This document shows positions 19,653 through 29,507 of a stretch of 64,000 nucleotides of DNA, piece by piece (position 1 is the stretch's first letter; every line of letters starts with the position of its first letter). The position numbers and the translations under genes were made by a program. This DNA comes from Sulfuritalea sp. (GTDB taxonomy: Bacteria; Pseudomonadota; Gammaproteobacteria; Burkholderiales; Rhodocyclaceae), in contig JALNYT010000008.1 in NCBI GenBank assembly GCA_023229685.1, positions 51,817 through 115,816 on the forward strand, read 5' to 3'. Under the pieces are notes generated by a model that saw nothing but the letters and a program-made list of their open reading frames with translations, ran no database searches and was not told the DNA's origin.

Positions 19653-21446
19653 ATGGATCACATCCGCAATTTCTCCATCATCGCCCATATCGATCACGGT
19701 AAATCCACCCTGGCCGATCGCATCATTCAGCGCTGCGGCGGTCTTTCCGACCGCGAGATGGAGGCGCAAGTGCTGGATTCGATGGATATCGAGCGCGAGC
19801 GCGGCATCACCATCAAGGCACAGACGGCGGCGCTCAGCTACAAGGCGCGCGACGGCCAGATCTACAACCTCAATCTGATCGATACCCCGGGCCATGTGGA
19901 CTTCTCGTATGAGGTGAGCCGTTCGCTTTCCGCCTGCGAAGGGGCGCTGCTGGTGGTTGACGTCTCGCAGGGAGTGGAGGCGCAGACCGTGGCGAATTGC
20001 TACACGGCGATCGAACTGGGCGTGGACGTGGTTCCGGTCCTGAACAAGATCGATCTGCCGGCGGCCGACCCGGACAATGCGCGCCAGGAAATCGAGGACG
20101 TGATCGGCATCGATGCCACCGAGGCGGTCCTATGCTCGGCGAAAACCGGCCTGGGCGTCGATGACGTCATCGAAGCCGTCATCACCCGCATCCCGCCGCC
20201 CAAAGGCGATCCCGCGGCACCGCTGAAGGCGCTGATCATCGACTCCTGGTTCGACAACTATGTCGGCGTGGTGATGCTGGTGCGCGTGATCGACGGCGTG
20301 GTACGCGCCAAGGACAGGCTGCTGCTCATGGCGGAAGGCTCGATTCATCTGTGCGAACAGGTCGGCGTGTTCACGCCGAAGTCGCTGACGCGCAGCGAAT
20401 TGCGCGCAGGCGAGGTCGGCTTCATCATCTCCGGCATCAAGGAACTGGACGCCGCCAAGGTGGGCGACACGGTGACCACGGCCGATCGTCGCGCCGCGGC
20501 GCCGCTGGAAGGCTTCAAGGAAATCAAGCCGCAGGTCTTTGCCGGCCTCTATCCGGTCGAATCCAATCAGTACGACGGATTGCGCGACTCGCTGGAAAAG
20601 CTGCATCTGAACGATGCGTCGCTGCACTACGAGCCCGAAGTTTCGCAGGCGCTCGGCTTCGGCTTTCGCTGCGGCTTCCTCGGCTTGCTGCACATGGAAA
20701 TCGTGCAGGAGCGGCTGGAACGGGAATTCGACCAGAACCTGATCACCACCGCACCGACCGTGGTGTATGAGGTGCTGATGCGTGACGGCACGCTGATCCA
20801 GGTGGAGAATCCGGCCAAGCTGCCCGAAACGCAGAAGGTGGAGGAGATTCGCGAGCCGATCATCACCGCCAAGATATTCGTGCCGCAGGAGTACCTCGGT
20901 GCGGTCATCACCCTGTGCGAGAGCAAGCGCGGCTCGCAGGTGAATCTTGCCTACCACGGCCGCCAGGTCCAGCTCACTTACGAGATGCCGATGGCGGAAG
21001 TGGTGATGGACTTCTTCGACAAGCTGAAATCGGTCTCGCGCGGTTATGCCTCGCTCGACTATGACTTCAAGGAGTATCGGGCGGCCGACGTGGTCAAGCT
21101 CGACATACTGATCAACGGCGAAAAGGTCGATGCCCTGTCGGTCATCGTGCATCGCGCCAATGCCGCGTATCGCGGACGTGAACTGGCTGCCAAGATGCGC
21201 GAGCTGATTCCGCGCCAGATGTATGATGTCGCCATCCAGGCGGCGATCGGCGCGACCATCATTTCGCGCGAGAATGTCAAGGCGATGCGCAAGGACGTGC
21301 TCGCCAAGTGCTATGGCGGTGACATCACGCGCAAGAAAAAGCTGCTGGAAAAGCAGAAGGCCGGCAAGAAGCGCATGAAGCAGGTCGGCCGTGTGGAAAT
21401 TCCGCAGGAAGCCTTCCTTGCGGTGCTGCGTGTGGGTGACAAATGA
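19653..21446 (+). CDS. lepA: Elongation factor 4 LepA
   Basis: [32 protein letters not shown]. Confidence 0.95.
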   Translation: MDHIRNFSIIAHIDHGKSTLADRIIQRCGGLSDREMEAQVLDSMDIERERGITIKAQTAALSYKARDGQIYNLNLIDTPGHVDFSYEVSRSLSACEGALLVVDVSQGVEAQTVANCYTAIELGVDVVPVLNKIDLPAADPDNARQEIEDVIGIDATEAVLCSAKTGLGVDDVIEAVITRIPPPKGDPAAPLKALIIDSWFDNYVGVVMLVRVIDGVVRAKDRLLLMAEGSIHLCEQVGVFTPKSLTRSELRAGEVGFIISGIKELDAAKVGDTVTTADRRAAAPLEGFKEIKPQVFAGLYPVESNQYDGLRDSLEKLHLNDASLHYEPEVSQALGFGFRCGFLGLLHMEIVQERLEREFDQNLITTAPTVVYEVLMRDGTLIQVENPAKLPETQKVEEIREPIITAKIFVPQEYLGAVITLCESKRGSQVNLAYHGRQVQLTYEMPMAEVVMDFFDKLKSVSRGYASLDYDFKEYRAADVVKLDILINGEKVDALSVIVHRANAAYRGRELAAKMRELIPRQMYDVAIQAAIGATIISRENVKAMRKDVLAKCYGGDITRKKKLLEKQKAGKKRMKQVGRVEIPQEAFLAVLRVGDK

Positions 21447-22231
21447 ACTTTGCTCTGATTCTTTTCATACTCGTTGTCGCCACCGGCATCGTCTGGTCGT
21501 TCGACTATTTCTGGGCAAGGAAGAGACGCCCCGCCAACGCCAAGGACCCGTGGTGGGTCGAATATGGCGGCAGCTTTTTCCCCGTGATCCTGGCGGTATT
21601 TCTGTTGCGCTCTTTTCTCGTCGAGCCGTTCAAGATTCCCTCCGGGTCGATGATCCCGACCCTGCTGGTGGGCGACTTCATTCTGGTCAACAAGTACACC
21701 TATGGCGTGCGACTGCCGGTGCTCAACAAGAAGATCATCGAACTCAATTCCCCGCAGCGCGGTGACGTGGTGGTGTTTCGTTACCCGCCGGATCCCTCGC
21801 TCGACTACATCAAGCGCGTGGTCGGCCTGCCGGGCGACAAAATCGTCTATCGCAACAAGCGGCTGACTATCAACGGCCAGGAGATCGCGCAACGGAAGAT
21901 CGAGGATTATCTAGACCGCGACCGGCTGTTCTATACCCCGCGTTTCATGGAAACCCTCGGTAGCGTCGAGCATCACATTCTGGTCGAACCCGAAGCGCCG
22001 CCTTTTGTTCAGCAAATTGTCCGCTTTCCGCATAGCGAGAATTGTCACTACAATAGCGAAGGCGTGAGTTGCGAGGTTCCGGCCGGACACTATTTCATGA
22101 TGGGCGACAACCGCGACAACTCGCAGGACAGTCGTTTCTGGGGCTTCGTCCCTGACGAAAACCTGGTCGGCAAGGCATTCTTTATCTGGTTCAATTTTGG
22201 CGATCTGAAACGGATCGGCTCATTTCACTAG
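21443..22231 (+). CDS. lepB: Signal peptidase I LepB
   Basis: [10 protein letters not shown] and [16 protein letters not shown] motifs. 4-nt overlap with lepA. Confidence 0.9.
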   Translation: MNFALILFILVVATGIVWSFDYFWARKRRPANAKDPWWVEYGGSFFPVILAVFLLRSFLVEPFKIPSGSMIPTLLVGDFILVNKYTYGVRLPVLNKKIIELNSPQRGDVVVFRYPPDPSLDYIKRVVGLPGDKIVYRNKRLTINGQEIAQRKIEDYLDRDRLFYTPRFMETLGSVEHHILVEPEAPPFVQQIVRFPHSENCHYNSEGVSCEVPAGHYFMMGDNRDNSQDSRFWGFVPDENLVGKAFFIWFNFGDLKRIGSFH

Positions 22232-22239
22232 GGGATAAC

Positions 22240-22599
22240 ATGAAACTTCAGCGTGGGCTCAGTCTGAACGTACTCATGGCCGGCGGCGCGGTTCTGGCCC
22301 TGATAGCGCTTTTGGGGATGAAGGCGTTGCCGCCATGGATCGAGTACGGCAACCTCATGAAGGCGGTCAAGGGAACTGCCGCCGACAACAGTCTCAAGGA
22401 CGCCTCTGTGAAGGCGGTGCAGGCGGCGTTCGAAAAACGCGCCGACATGGACGACGTCAAGAGCGTCACCGCACAGGATCTGGAGATCACCAAGGAAGGC
22501 AACGAACTGGTGATTTCCTTTGCCTATGTGAAAAAGGTGCCGTTGTTTGCCAATGTCAGCCTGGTCTTCGACTTCGAGGGCAGCAGCGCCAAAAAATGA
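22240..22599 (+). CDS. DUF4845-like small membrane-anchored protein
   Basis: N-terminal TM helix. Its position between lepB and rnc is conserved in betaproteobacteria (recollection). Confidence 0.55.
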   Translation: MKLQRGLSLNVLMAGGAVLALIALLGMKALPPWIEYGNLMKAVKGTAADNSLKDASVKAVQAAFEKRADMDDVKSVTAQDLEITKEGNELVISFAYVKKVPLFANVSLVFDFEGSSAKK

Positions 22600-23264
22600 A
22601 GCCGCAGCGTCTGGAGGCCGCGCTCGGGCACGACTTCGGCCGACCGGAGTTGCTGCGTCAGGCGCTTACCCATCGCAGTTTCGGTTCTCCCCATAACGAA
22701 CGTCTCGAGTTTCTCGGCGACTCCGTGCTCAATTGTGCCGTCGCCGGTTACCTGTACCAGCGCTTCGCCGACCTGAAGGAAGGCGAGCTTTCGCGCTTGC
22801 GCGCCAGTCTGGTGCGGCAGGAAACACTGGTCGAAATCGCGCAGGGCCTGGAACTCGGTGGCTTGCTCAGCTTGGGCGAGGGCGAGTTGAAGAGCGGCGG
22901 TACCGGGCGTCCCTCGATTCTTGCCGATGCGCTGGAGGCAATTGTCGGTGCGATCTACGTCGACGCGGGCTTCGATGCGGCACGGCTCGTGATCGAGCGA
23001 TTATATAAGCCGGTCATAGCCCGCATCGATCCCAATGACACGGGCAAGGATCCCAAAACCGCCTTGCAGGAAATTCTGCAGGGGCGGCATCTGCCCCTGC
23101 CGCGCTATGCCTTGCTCGCTACTCGCGGCGAGGCCCATGCCCAGGAGTTCGAAATGGAATGCGTCATTCCGGACCTGGGCATCCGCAGCACCGGCACCGG
23201 CGGCAGTCGGCGCATTGCCGAGCAGCAGGCCGCGCAGCGGGCCATTTCAGAGATCAAGCCATGA
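22596..23264 (+). CDS. rnc: Ribonuclease III
   Basis: LTHRSF...[12 protein letters not shown] signature and a dsRBD C-terminus. ATGA overlap with the preceding gene. Confidence 0.9.
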   Translation: MKPQRLEAALGHDFGRPELLRQALTHRSFGSPHNERLEFLGDSVLNCAVAGYLYQRFADLKEGELSRLRASLVRQETLVEIAQGLELGGLLSLGEGELKSGGTGRPSILADALEAIVGAIYVDAGFDAARLVIERLYKPVIARIDPNDTGKDPKTALQEILQGRHLPLPRYALLATRGEAHAQEFEMECVIPDLGIRSTGTGGSRRIAEQQAAQRAISEIKP

Positions 23265-23278
23265 ACCTTAAATCCTCA

Positions 23279-23404
23279 GTTAGCCACAGAGTACACAGAG
23301 TAAAAACAGCGGATTGCATGGAGTCCGCTGCTTACCCGAAGGGTGATGGGAAGAAACGACTCAAACCCGCTCTATCTCTGTGTCCTCTGTGTTCTCTGTG
23401 GCAG
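23279..23404. repeat. MITE/REP-like element, family B, copy 1 (inverted arms GCCACAGAGNACACAGAG)
   Basis: Left arm TAGCCACAGAGTACACAGAG (23281-23300). Right arm CTCTGTGTCCTCTGTGTTCTCTGTGGCA (23376-23403). Internal hairpin CAGCGGA...TCCGCTG. A second copy lies at 25865-25979. Confidence 0.6.
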
Positions 23405-23421
23405 GAAGTGCGGTTTATAGG

Positions 23422-24309
23422 ATGAATTCAACATTTCGTACCGGGTACCTGGCCATCATCGGCCGGCCCAACGTCGGCAAATCGACCTTGACCAATCGCC
23501 TGGTAGGCGCCAAGGTCAGCATTACCTCGAAGAAGGCACAGACCACGCGGCATCGCATTCACGGCGTGCTGACCACGGACGATGCCCAGTTCATCTTCGT
23601 CGATACCCCGGGTTTTCAGATGACGCACAAGAATGCGCTCAATCGTCTGATGAACCGCAGCGTGACCTCGACCTTTGCCGATGTCGACGTGATTCTGCTG
23701 GTGGTCGAAGCCGGCAACTGGGGCGCGGGCGAAAACGAGATACTGCGCATGCTGCCGGCCGGAACGCCGGTGGTGCTGGTGATCAACAAGATAGACCGGC
23801 TGGCCGACAAGGCTGAGTTGCTGCCCTTCATCGCCAAGGTTTCGGCGCTGCACGAGTTTGCCGAACTGGTTCCGGTGTCTGCCGAGAAAGGCCTCGGCGC
23901 CGCCGAATTGCTCGCCACCGTGGCCCGCTACCTGCCGGAAGGGCCGGCGGTGTTCGATGCGGACGACATTACGGATCGCTCCGAGCGATTCATGGCTTCC
24001 GAGATATTGCGTGAAAAGCTGTTCCGCAATCTGGGCGAAGAACTGCCCTACGGCATCGCGGTGGAAATCGAGAAGTTCGAGCAGGAAGGCGATTTGCGTC
24101 GCATTCATGCTGCCGTCATCGTCGACAAGGCGGGGCACAGATCCATCGTCATCGGCAAGGGCGGGGAGCGGATGAAGCGCATCTCGACCGATGCGCGCAA
24201 GGAAATGGAAACCCTGTTCGGCGGCAAGGTCTGGCTCGAGACCTGGGTCAAGGTCAAGGGCGGCTGGGCCGACGACGAGCGTGCCCTGAAAAGCCTGGGC
24301 TACGGTTAA
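23422..24309 (+). CDS. era: GTPase Era
   Basis: GYLAIIGRPNVGKSTL, DTPG, NKID and a KH C-terminus. Confidence 0.9.
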   Translation: MNSTFRTGYLAIIGRPNVGKSTLTNRLVGAKVSITSKKAQTTRHRIHGVLTTDDAQFIFVDTPGFQMTHKNALNRLMNRSVTSTFADVDVILLVVEAGNWGAGENEILRMLPAGTPVVLVINKIDRLADKAELLPFIAKVSALHEFAELVPVSAEKGLGAAELLATVARYLPEGPAVFDADDITDRSERFMASEILREKLFRNLGEELPYGIAVEIEKFEQEGDLRRIHAAVIVDKAGHRSIVIGKGGERMKRISTDARKEMETLFGGKVWLETWVKVKGGWADDERALKSLGYG

Positions 24310-24357
24310 CGTGTTGCGGCACGGCTTCAAACGGTTTACCCGGTCTGGCTTGGCATC

Positions 24358-25098
24358 GTGAGCAAGCGCGTCGACGGCCAGTCGGCCTACGTCCTGCATC
24401 TGCATCCCTACAGCGAGACCAGTCTCGTGGTCGATGTATTCACCCGCGATCACGGCCGCGTCCCGCTCCTGGCGCGCGGCGCCAGGCGGCCGCGTTCCGC
24501 CATGCGCGGCCTGCTGATGTCCTTTCAGCCGCTGGAACTGGGCTGGTTCGGCGGCGGCGAGGTCAAGACCCTGGCCAAGGCCGAATGGCTCGGCGGCATG
24601 CCATTGCTGGGCGGCCGCTGCCTTCTGCTCGGTTACTATCTCAACGAACTATTGCTGAAAATGCTGCCGCGCGAGGACGCCCACAGTGTGCTGTTCGACG
24701 CCTATGCGGCCGCTTTGCGGGCGCTGGCCGAAGGCGCGGCCGACGCACCGGAACTGCGCCGCTTCGAGAAAACGCTGCTGAAGGAAATCGGCTACGGACT
24801 GACGCTGGATGTGGAGATGGAGACCGGCCAGCCGGTGGTGGCGGAGGGCGAATACACTTACCTGATCGAACGCGGACCAGTGGCGCGGGCCGGCCTTGCT
24901 CAGCAGGGCTCGCAGCGGGATGCCAGCGATTCGCCGATCGTGCGCGGCAAGACCCTGATCGACATGGCGGCAGATGATTATTCCGATCCGCGCACGCGGG
25001 TTGAAAGCAGGCAGCTGATGCGCCAGTTGATCGCGCATCATATGGGAGGCAAACCCTTGCAATCGCGGCGGGTCTTCATGGAGTTACAGGAACTATGA
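24358..25098 (+). CDS. recO: DNA repair protein RecO
   Basis: [26 protein letters not shown]-terminal OB fold. Position after era. GTG start. Confidence 0.85.
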   Translation: MSKRVDGQSAYVLHLHPYSETSLVVDVFTRDHGRVPLLARGARRPRSAMRGLLMSFQPLELGWFGGGEVKTLAKAEWLGGMPLLGGRCLLLGYYLNELLLKMLPREDAHSVLFDAYAAALRALAEGAADAPELRRFEKTLLKEIGYGLTLDVEMETGQPVVAEGEYTYLIERGPVARAGLAQQGSQRDASDSPIVRGKTLIDMAADDYSDPRTRVESRQLMRQLIAHHMGGKPLQSRRVFMELQEL

Positions 25099-25844
25099 TC
25101 GAACTGGGCGTAAACATAGACCACGTTGCGACGGTGCGCGAGGCGAGAAGAACCCACGAGCCCGATCCGGTATGGGCCGCCGTCGAGGCGCATCTGGGCG
25201 GAGCCGACGGCATCACCGTGCATCTGCGCGAGGATCGCCGCCACATCCAGGACCGCGACGTGCGGCGGCTGCGCGAACTGACCCACATCAAGCTGAATCT
25301 CGAAATGGCGGCCACCGAGGAGATGGTCGGCATCGCCTGCCAGATCAAGCCCGAGATGGCCATGCTGGTGCCGGAAGGCCGGCACGAGGTCACCACCGAG
25401 GGCGGGCTGGATGTCGCCGGCCAGGAGGCGCGCCTGCGCGAGGTGGTGGCGCGACTGACCCACGCCGGCATCGTCACCAGCGCCTTCATCGACGCCGAAT
25501 TGCCGCAGGTGGAAGCCGCCGCGCGCATCGGCGTGCGCGTTTGCGAACTCCACACCGGGCCGTATGCCCATGCCTTTTACAGCCGCGGCCGCGATCCCGA
25601 AAGCCCGTCGGTGGTGGCCGAACTGGAGAAGATACGTATCGCCGGCGCGGCGATTCGCGCCGCCGGGATGCGCTTCAATGCCGGCCACGCGCTCAACTAT
25701 TTCAACGTGCAGCCGGTGGCGGCCTTGCCCGGCATCCGCGAACTGCACATCGGCCACGCCATCGTCAGCCGCGCGATTTTCGTCGGCATGCGCGAAGCCG
25801 TCGCCGAGATGAAGCGGCTGATGCGCGAGGCGCAATGCGGGTGA
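25095..25844 (+). CDS. pdxJ: Pyridoxine 5'-phosphate synthase PdxJ
   Basis: [15 protein letters not shown]...[12 protein letters not shown]...NLEMA. Confidence 0.9.
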   Translation: MIELGVNIDHVATVREARRTHEPDPVWAAVEAHLGGADGITVHLREDRRHIQDRDVRRLRELTHIKLNLEMAATEEMVGIACQIKPEMAMLVPEGRHEVTTEGGLDVAGQEARLREVVARLTHAGIVTSAFIDAELPQVEAAARIGVRVCELHTGPYAHAFYSRGRDPESPSVVAELEKIRIAGAAIRAAGMRFNAGHALNYFNVQPVAALPGIRELHIGHAIVSRAIFVGMREAVAEMKRLMREAQCG

Positions 25845-25864
25845 TCATGGAAAACCGGAATTGA

Positions 25865-25979
25865 AGCCACAGAGGACACAGAGGGAAACGAAACACCTGC
25901 TGCGGTTGCCTTGGGGGCATCGATCCGGGCGACAATTCCTGCTGCTTGTCTTGGTTTTCTCTGTGATCTCTGTGGCTAA
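25865..25979. repeat. MITE/REP-like element, family B, copy 2
   Basis: Left arm AGCCACAGAGGACACAGAGG (25865-25884). Right arm TCTCTGTGATCTCTGTGGCTAA (25958-25979). Confidence 0.6.
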
Positions 25980-25985
25980 CCGGGT

Positions 25986-26369
25986 TTGTTCATGATCTTC
26001 GGCATCGGCACCGACATCGTTGCCGTAAAGCGCATGGCCGATTACTGGCAACGCCACGGCGAGCGCGGCCTGGAGAAGATGCTGGCACCGGACGAGCGCG
26101 AGGCCTGTCGCAGCAGCCATGACCCGGCGCGCTTCCTGGCCAAGCGCTTCGCCGCCAAGGAGGCGCTGGGCAAGGCGCTGGGCACCGGCGTGCGTGCCCC
26201 CGTGCTGCTGCCCGACATCGCCGTCAGCCATGATGAACTCGGCAAGCCGGCTTTCGCCTTCGCGCCGCAACTCGCCGCCTATCTTGCCGAACGCGGGCTG
26301 ACCGCCCACCTTTCCATCAGCGACGAGCAGGACTACGCCGTCGCCTTCGTCATTCTGGAAACACGATGA
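25986..26369 (+). CDS. acpS: Holo-ACP synthase AcpS
   Basis: IFGIGTDIV...RFAAKEALGKALGTG...SISDE. Confidence 0.85.
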   Translation: MFMIFGIGTDIVAVKRMADYWQRHGERGLEKMLAPDEREACRSSHDPARFLAKRFAAKEALGKALGTGVRAPVLLPDIAVSHDELGKPAFAFAPQLAAYLAERGLTAHLSISDEQDYAVAFVILETR

Positions 26370-27370
26370 ACACACTCCCCCTCGGTCCGCTGATGATCGA
26401 TATCGCCGGTCTGGAACTCTCCGCCCTCGACCGCGAACGCCTGGCGCATCCGCTGGTCGGCGGCGTGATCCTGTTCGCCCGCAACTACCGCGATCCGCAG
26501 CAACTCACGGCCCTGTGTGCGGCGATTCACACCCTGCGTGCGCCGGCGCTGCCGATCGCCATCGATCACGAAGGCGGCCGCGTGCAGCGCTGCCGCGAAG
26601 GCTTCACCCATGTCCCGCCGATGCGCCGCCTCGGCGAATTGTGGGATCGCGACGCCGCCGCCGCGCGAGCAGCGGCCGCCGATGTCGGCTACCTGCTGGC
26701 GGCGGAGCTGCGCGCCTGCGGCGTCGATTTTTCCTTCACCCCGGTGCTCGATCTCGATTGGGGCCCCAGCGGCGTCATCGGCGATCGCGCCTTCCACCGC
26801 GACCCGGTGGCCGTCGCCGAACTGGCCGGCGCCCTGATCGACGGCCTGCGCGCCGCCGGCATGGGCTGCTGCGGCAAGCATTTCCCGGGACACGGATGGG
26901 TGGCGGCCGATTCGCACCTCGCGATTCCGGTCGATGAGCGCAGCCTGGCCGAGATGGCGCCCGACCTGGAACCCTATCGCCGCGTCAGGCTCGACGGCGT
27001 GATGCCGGCGCACGTGATTTACCCGCAGGTCGACAGCCGGCCCGCCGGTTTCTCGCCGGTGTGGCTGGAAACGCTGCGCAAGGAGTTCGCCTTCGACGGC
27101 GTGATCTTCAGCGACGACCTGTCGATGGAAGGCGCCAGCTTCGCCGGCGACATGGTGCAGCGCGCGGACGCGGCCTGGGCCGCCGGCTGCGACATGCTAC
27201 TGATCTGCAATGCGCCGGATGCGGTGGCGCGGGTGCTGGACAACTGGAAGCCGGCCGCCGATCCCGTGCGAGCCGCGCGGCTGGCGCGTCTGTCGCCAAG
27301 CGGCCGCTGGCAGCAGGATGCCGCGCGCTACGCGGCGGGCAAGGCGGCGGTGGAGAGTCTCACCGCCTGA
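26366..27370 (+). CDS. nagZ: Beta-N-acetylhexosaminidase NagZ
   Basis: GGVILFARNY...IAIDHEGGRVQR...GKHFPGHG...FSDDLSM. Confidence 0.85.
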   Translation: MNTLPLGPLMIDIAGLELSALDRERLAHPLVGGVILFARNYRDPQQLTALCAAIHTLRAPALPIAIDHEGGRVQRCREGFTHVPPMRRLGELWDRDAAAARAAAADVGYLLAAELRACGVDFSFTPVLDLDWGPSGVIGDRAFHRDPVAVAELAGALIDGLRAAGMGCCGKHFPGHGWVAADSHLAIPVDERSLAEMAPDLEPYRRVRLDGVMPAHVIYPQVDSRPAGFSPVWLETLRKEFAFDGVIFSDDLSMEGASFAGDMVQRADAAWAAGCDMLLICNAPDAVARVLDNWKPAADPVRAARLARLSPSGRWQQDAARYAAGKAAVESLTA

Positions 27371-27446
27371 GACTCGGGTTGCAGGAGTCGGCGCTGGCGG
27401 GACGGCGGATGGCACGTAATTGATGCTGACCCATTTGGTTGTTGAA

Positions 27447-27504
27447 GCCCAACGTTCGAATTCGGCGGCCGCTCTGGGCGGCCCGCTGAAATGAGGGGTT
27501 GGGC
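27447..27504 (-). mobile_element. Integron attC recombination site (58 bp), 3' end of cassette B
   Basis: Minus strand reads GCCCAAC...GTTGGGC (RYYYAAC...GTTRRRY). The ends are perfectly complementary, and there is a central GGCCGC/GCGGCC stem with an unpaired base. It starts 1 nt after the stop codon. Confidence 0.7.
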
Positions 27505-27505
27505 G

Positions 27506-28384
27506 TCATGCAAGCTCACGGCCGAGAAGCTTCTCGAGAATGCGAAGCGGTGACCTTGACGGATCCAGCATGGAGTTGACGGGCAAATGATAGGTTTGTT
27601 CAAACGCGTACTGCCCACTCATTGCCGCATGCGACACGAGGTCAGTGAAGACCATCCACGTGCTTCCCGCTTGAAACTCGCAGGCGCGTTGAGCGACTTG
27701 CGACTGGTATGCCAGGTCCGCCTTCATCCGGTCATGCAGTTGCAGCATGTAGTGATCATAGGCAGTCCGTCGACGCCTCGTGATGCCAAGAAAATTGAGC
27801 ACATGGTCGGCGCCCCAGATTGGGCCGGGGAGAGAAGGCAGGTAGCGGCGCGCGACGCCTTCGAATGATTCGCCGAGCCTCCAGTTGCGGCTTTGTCCGT
27901 GCGGATTTACATTGGTGAAGACACGCAGTATTCGGTTTCCCTGCGTGGGTGAAGACGGAAAACTGTCCACGTGCAGACGCGTATCGTCCTTCCGCCATGA
28001 GGTTCGCCGCCCGGCGATCTCCGTGGGCCGAAAGCTGGTGCGAGCCTGTTCCAATCCTGTCTCATAGCGTGGCAGCAGGCTGCGTAGCAAGTGCCTGCTC
28101 GATGTGGCGAAGCGGTTCATCATGAACTGCAACCGTTGCAGCAGATCCGCGTCATTGACGCTGCTGCCGCGTAGCAATCCATTGGCTGGATCCAGACTGA
28201 CGTTTTTCCCCTCCCCGGCTACCGTCGGGGACAGGAATTGGCCTTCGCCATCTTGCAGCAAGAAGCTGAGGTGAGGGAACAGCAGGACGTTTCCCCGTTC
28301 CAGCGCATCTGCTGCGAGTTCCTGCTCCGCTGTTGTGACTTGCTGATCCCAATCTGGGTTTGACAGAGTGATGATGTCGGTCAC
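27506..28384 (-). CDS. Kdo hydroxylase-like (KdoO/DUF2843) Fe(II)/2-oxoglutarate dioxygenase, carried as an integron cassette
   Basis: TSWRKDDTRLHVDSFPSSPTQGNRILRVFTNVNPHG, YDHYMLQLHDRMKAD and SHAAMSGQYAFEQTY match my recollection of the Kdo hydroxylase family. GTG 28384 is preceded by GGAGGT; the track's TTG 28411 lies inside the attC core. Confidence 0.6.
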   Translation of the reverse strand: MTDIITLSNPDWDQQVTTAEQELAADALERGNVLLFPHLSFLLQDGEGQFLSPTVAGEGKNVSLDPANGLLRGSSVNDADLLQRLQFMMNRFATSSRHLLRSLLPRYETGLEQARTSFRPTEIAGRRTSWRKDDTRLHVDSFPSSPTQGNRILRVFTNVNPHGQSRNWRLGESFEGVARRYLPSLPGPIWGADHVLNFLGITRRRRTAYDHYMLQLHDRMKADLAYQSQVAQRACEFQAGSTWMVFTDLVSHAAMSGQYAFEQTYHLPVNSMLDPSRSPLRILEKLLGRELA

Positions 28385-28405
28385 GCTGATTACCTCCGGT
28401 GTGAC

Positions 28406-28475
28406 GCCCAACGTTCAAGGTCAGGGGCGCTGCGCGACTTTATCGCGCAGCGTCCCCTGCACCGCAGGGTTAGAC
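28406..28475 (-). mobile_element. Integron attC recombination site (70 bp), 3' end of cassette A
   Basis: Minus strand reads GTCTAAC...GTTGGGC with a 16-bp central stem (CAGGGGCGCTGCGCGA / TCGCGCAGCGTCCCCTG) and one extrahelical base. It starts 15 nt after the stop codon. Confidence 0.75.
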
Positions 28476-28490
28476 CTCAGACGCTGATGG

Positions 28491-29207
28491 TTATGGGTGC
28501 AGTGCGGCATTGGTCCACAACGCTTCATAGGTTGAAAGGACGGCAGGAAATGCATCAACGATTTGCGTCAGGGTTGTCGGTGCCTTCTTGGCACCGTCTT
28601 TGAATGAAGCACCAGAGTGATAACACGCAACGCGATCCACGATTACATAGCGATCATGGAAACCTGCGGCAGATCGGACTTCAATGGCCCCGCCATTTTG
28701 TTGACGTAGAAGCGCTACGGCCGAGAGAAGAGATGGCATGCGTTCCCTAGCCAATAGGCGAACTGCCACTCCTTGCCCAACGTGCGGGAGGTAGCGAGAG
28801 ACGAACTCGGCTTCGAGGTAAGGGTCTATGAAGAATAGATCTGCCTTTGCTGATTCAATCGCCTTGCGAACCTCGTCAAAGTAGTCGAAGACAGCGCCAT
28901 TCTCCAAACTCACGGACAGTGGCCCCACGGTTTGTAGCCGCAGATCATGACGCGCTTGATGCAGCATTGTTAGAACGCCTTTAACCCCAGCCTCTACATC
29001 TTGGGACATCCGTGAGTTCATTTTGGCAATATGTCCTTCAAACAGCACCGTTCCCTTGATGGGATTCCAAGAGTTCATGACAGCCAGTGCTCGACCAAGC
29101 CAAGCGAAATGATCTGGTGTGTCGTCGCCAAACGTATGCCCAGGAGGCATCGTGCGAAGGACATCTTCTATTTCTGCAAGGAGCTGCGCGGGAGGAATTT
29201 GGTTCAT
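28491..29207 (-). CDS. Hypothetical cassette protein with a C-terminal PLD/HKD-like motif
   Basis: 238-aa ORF bounded by attC-type sites. The C-terminus reads DLFFIDPYL...VRLLARE...GFHDRYVIVDRVACYHSGASFKDG, an HxK-like motif with Arg. No SD sequence is visible before ATG 29207. Confidence 0.55.
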   Translation of the reverse strand: MNQIPPAQLLAEIEDVLRTMPPGHTFGDDTPDHFAWLGRALAVMNSWNPIKGTVLFEGHIAKMNSRMSQDVEAGVKGVLTMLHQARHDLRLQTVGPLSVSLENGAVFDYFDEVRKAIESAKADLFFIDPYLEAEFVSRYLPHVGQGVAVRLLARERMPSLLSAVALLRQQNGGAIEVRSAAGFHDRYVIVDRVACYHSGASFKDGAKKAPTTLTQIVDAFPAVLSTYEALWTNAALHP

Positions 29208-29212
29208 ATGAG

Positions 29213-29226
29213 GTCTAACGTTAAGT
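29213..29226 (-). mobile_element. Cassette-boundary core site ACTTAAC|GTTAGAC (attI-like simple site or degenerate attC)
   Basis: An inverse-core motif and a core motif are directly abutted, 5 nt upstream of the cassette A start codon. Confidence 0.45.
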
Positions 29227-29507
29227 CGACCGCCTAAATGATGGTAAACAACCCATCAAAGAGGCCGTATAGAAAATCCGGAAAAGTGCAAAGCCGATAT
29301 TCATCAGTGGCTTGGTCATTTTTAGTGGGGCCTAAAAAATCAACTCCATACCGGCGCATTCCGAAAGTACATACGCCGATGGGATTAGACGATTTATCCG
29401 GCACCTTGGCAAGGGCGCACCAAACCCGGCCCATGCCATCGCATCGCCGTTACCTGCCCGCGAAGCGGAAGTCCAGGTACGCAGAGCGCACCAGCGCCGA
29501 CTCTTGC

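Noticed and set aside
23279-25979. CTCTGTG-type repeats considered as a CRISPR array
   Set aside because: Each locus has only one pair of inverted arms, not direct repeats with spacers, and no cas genes are present.
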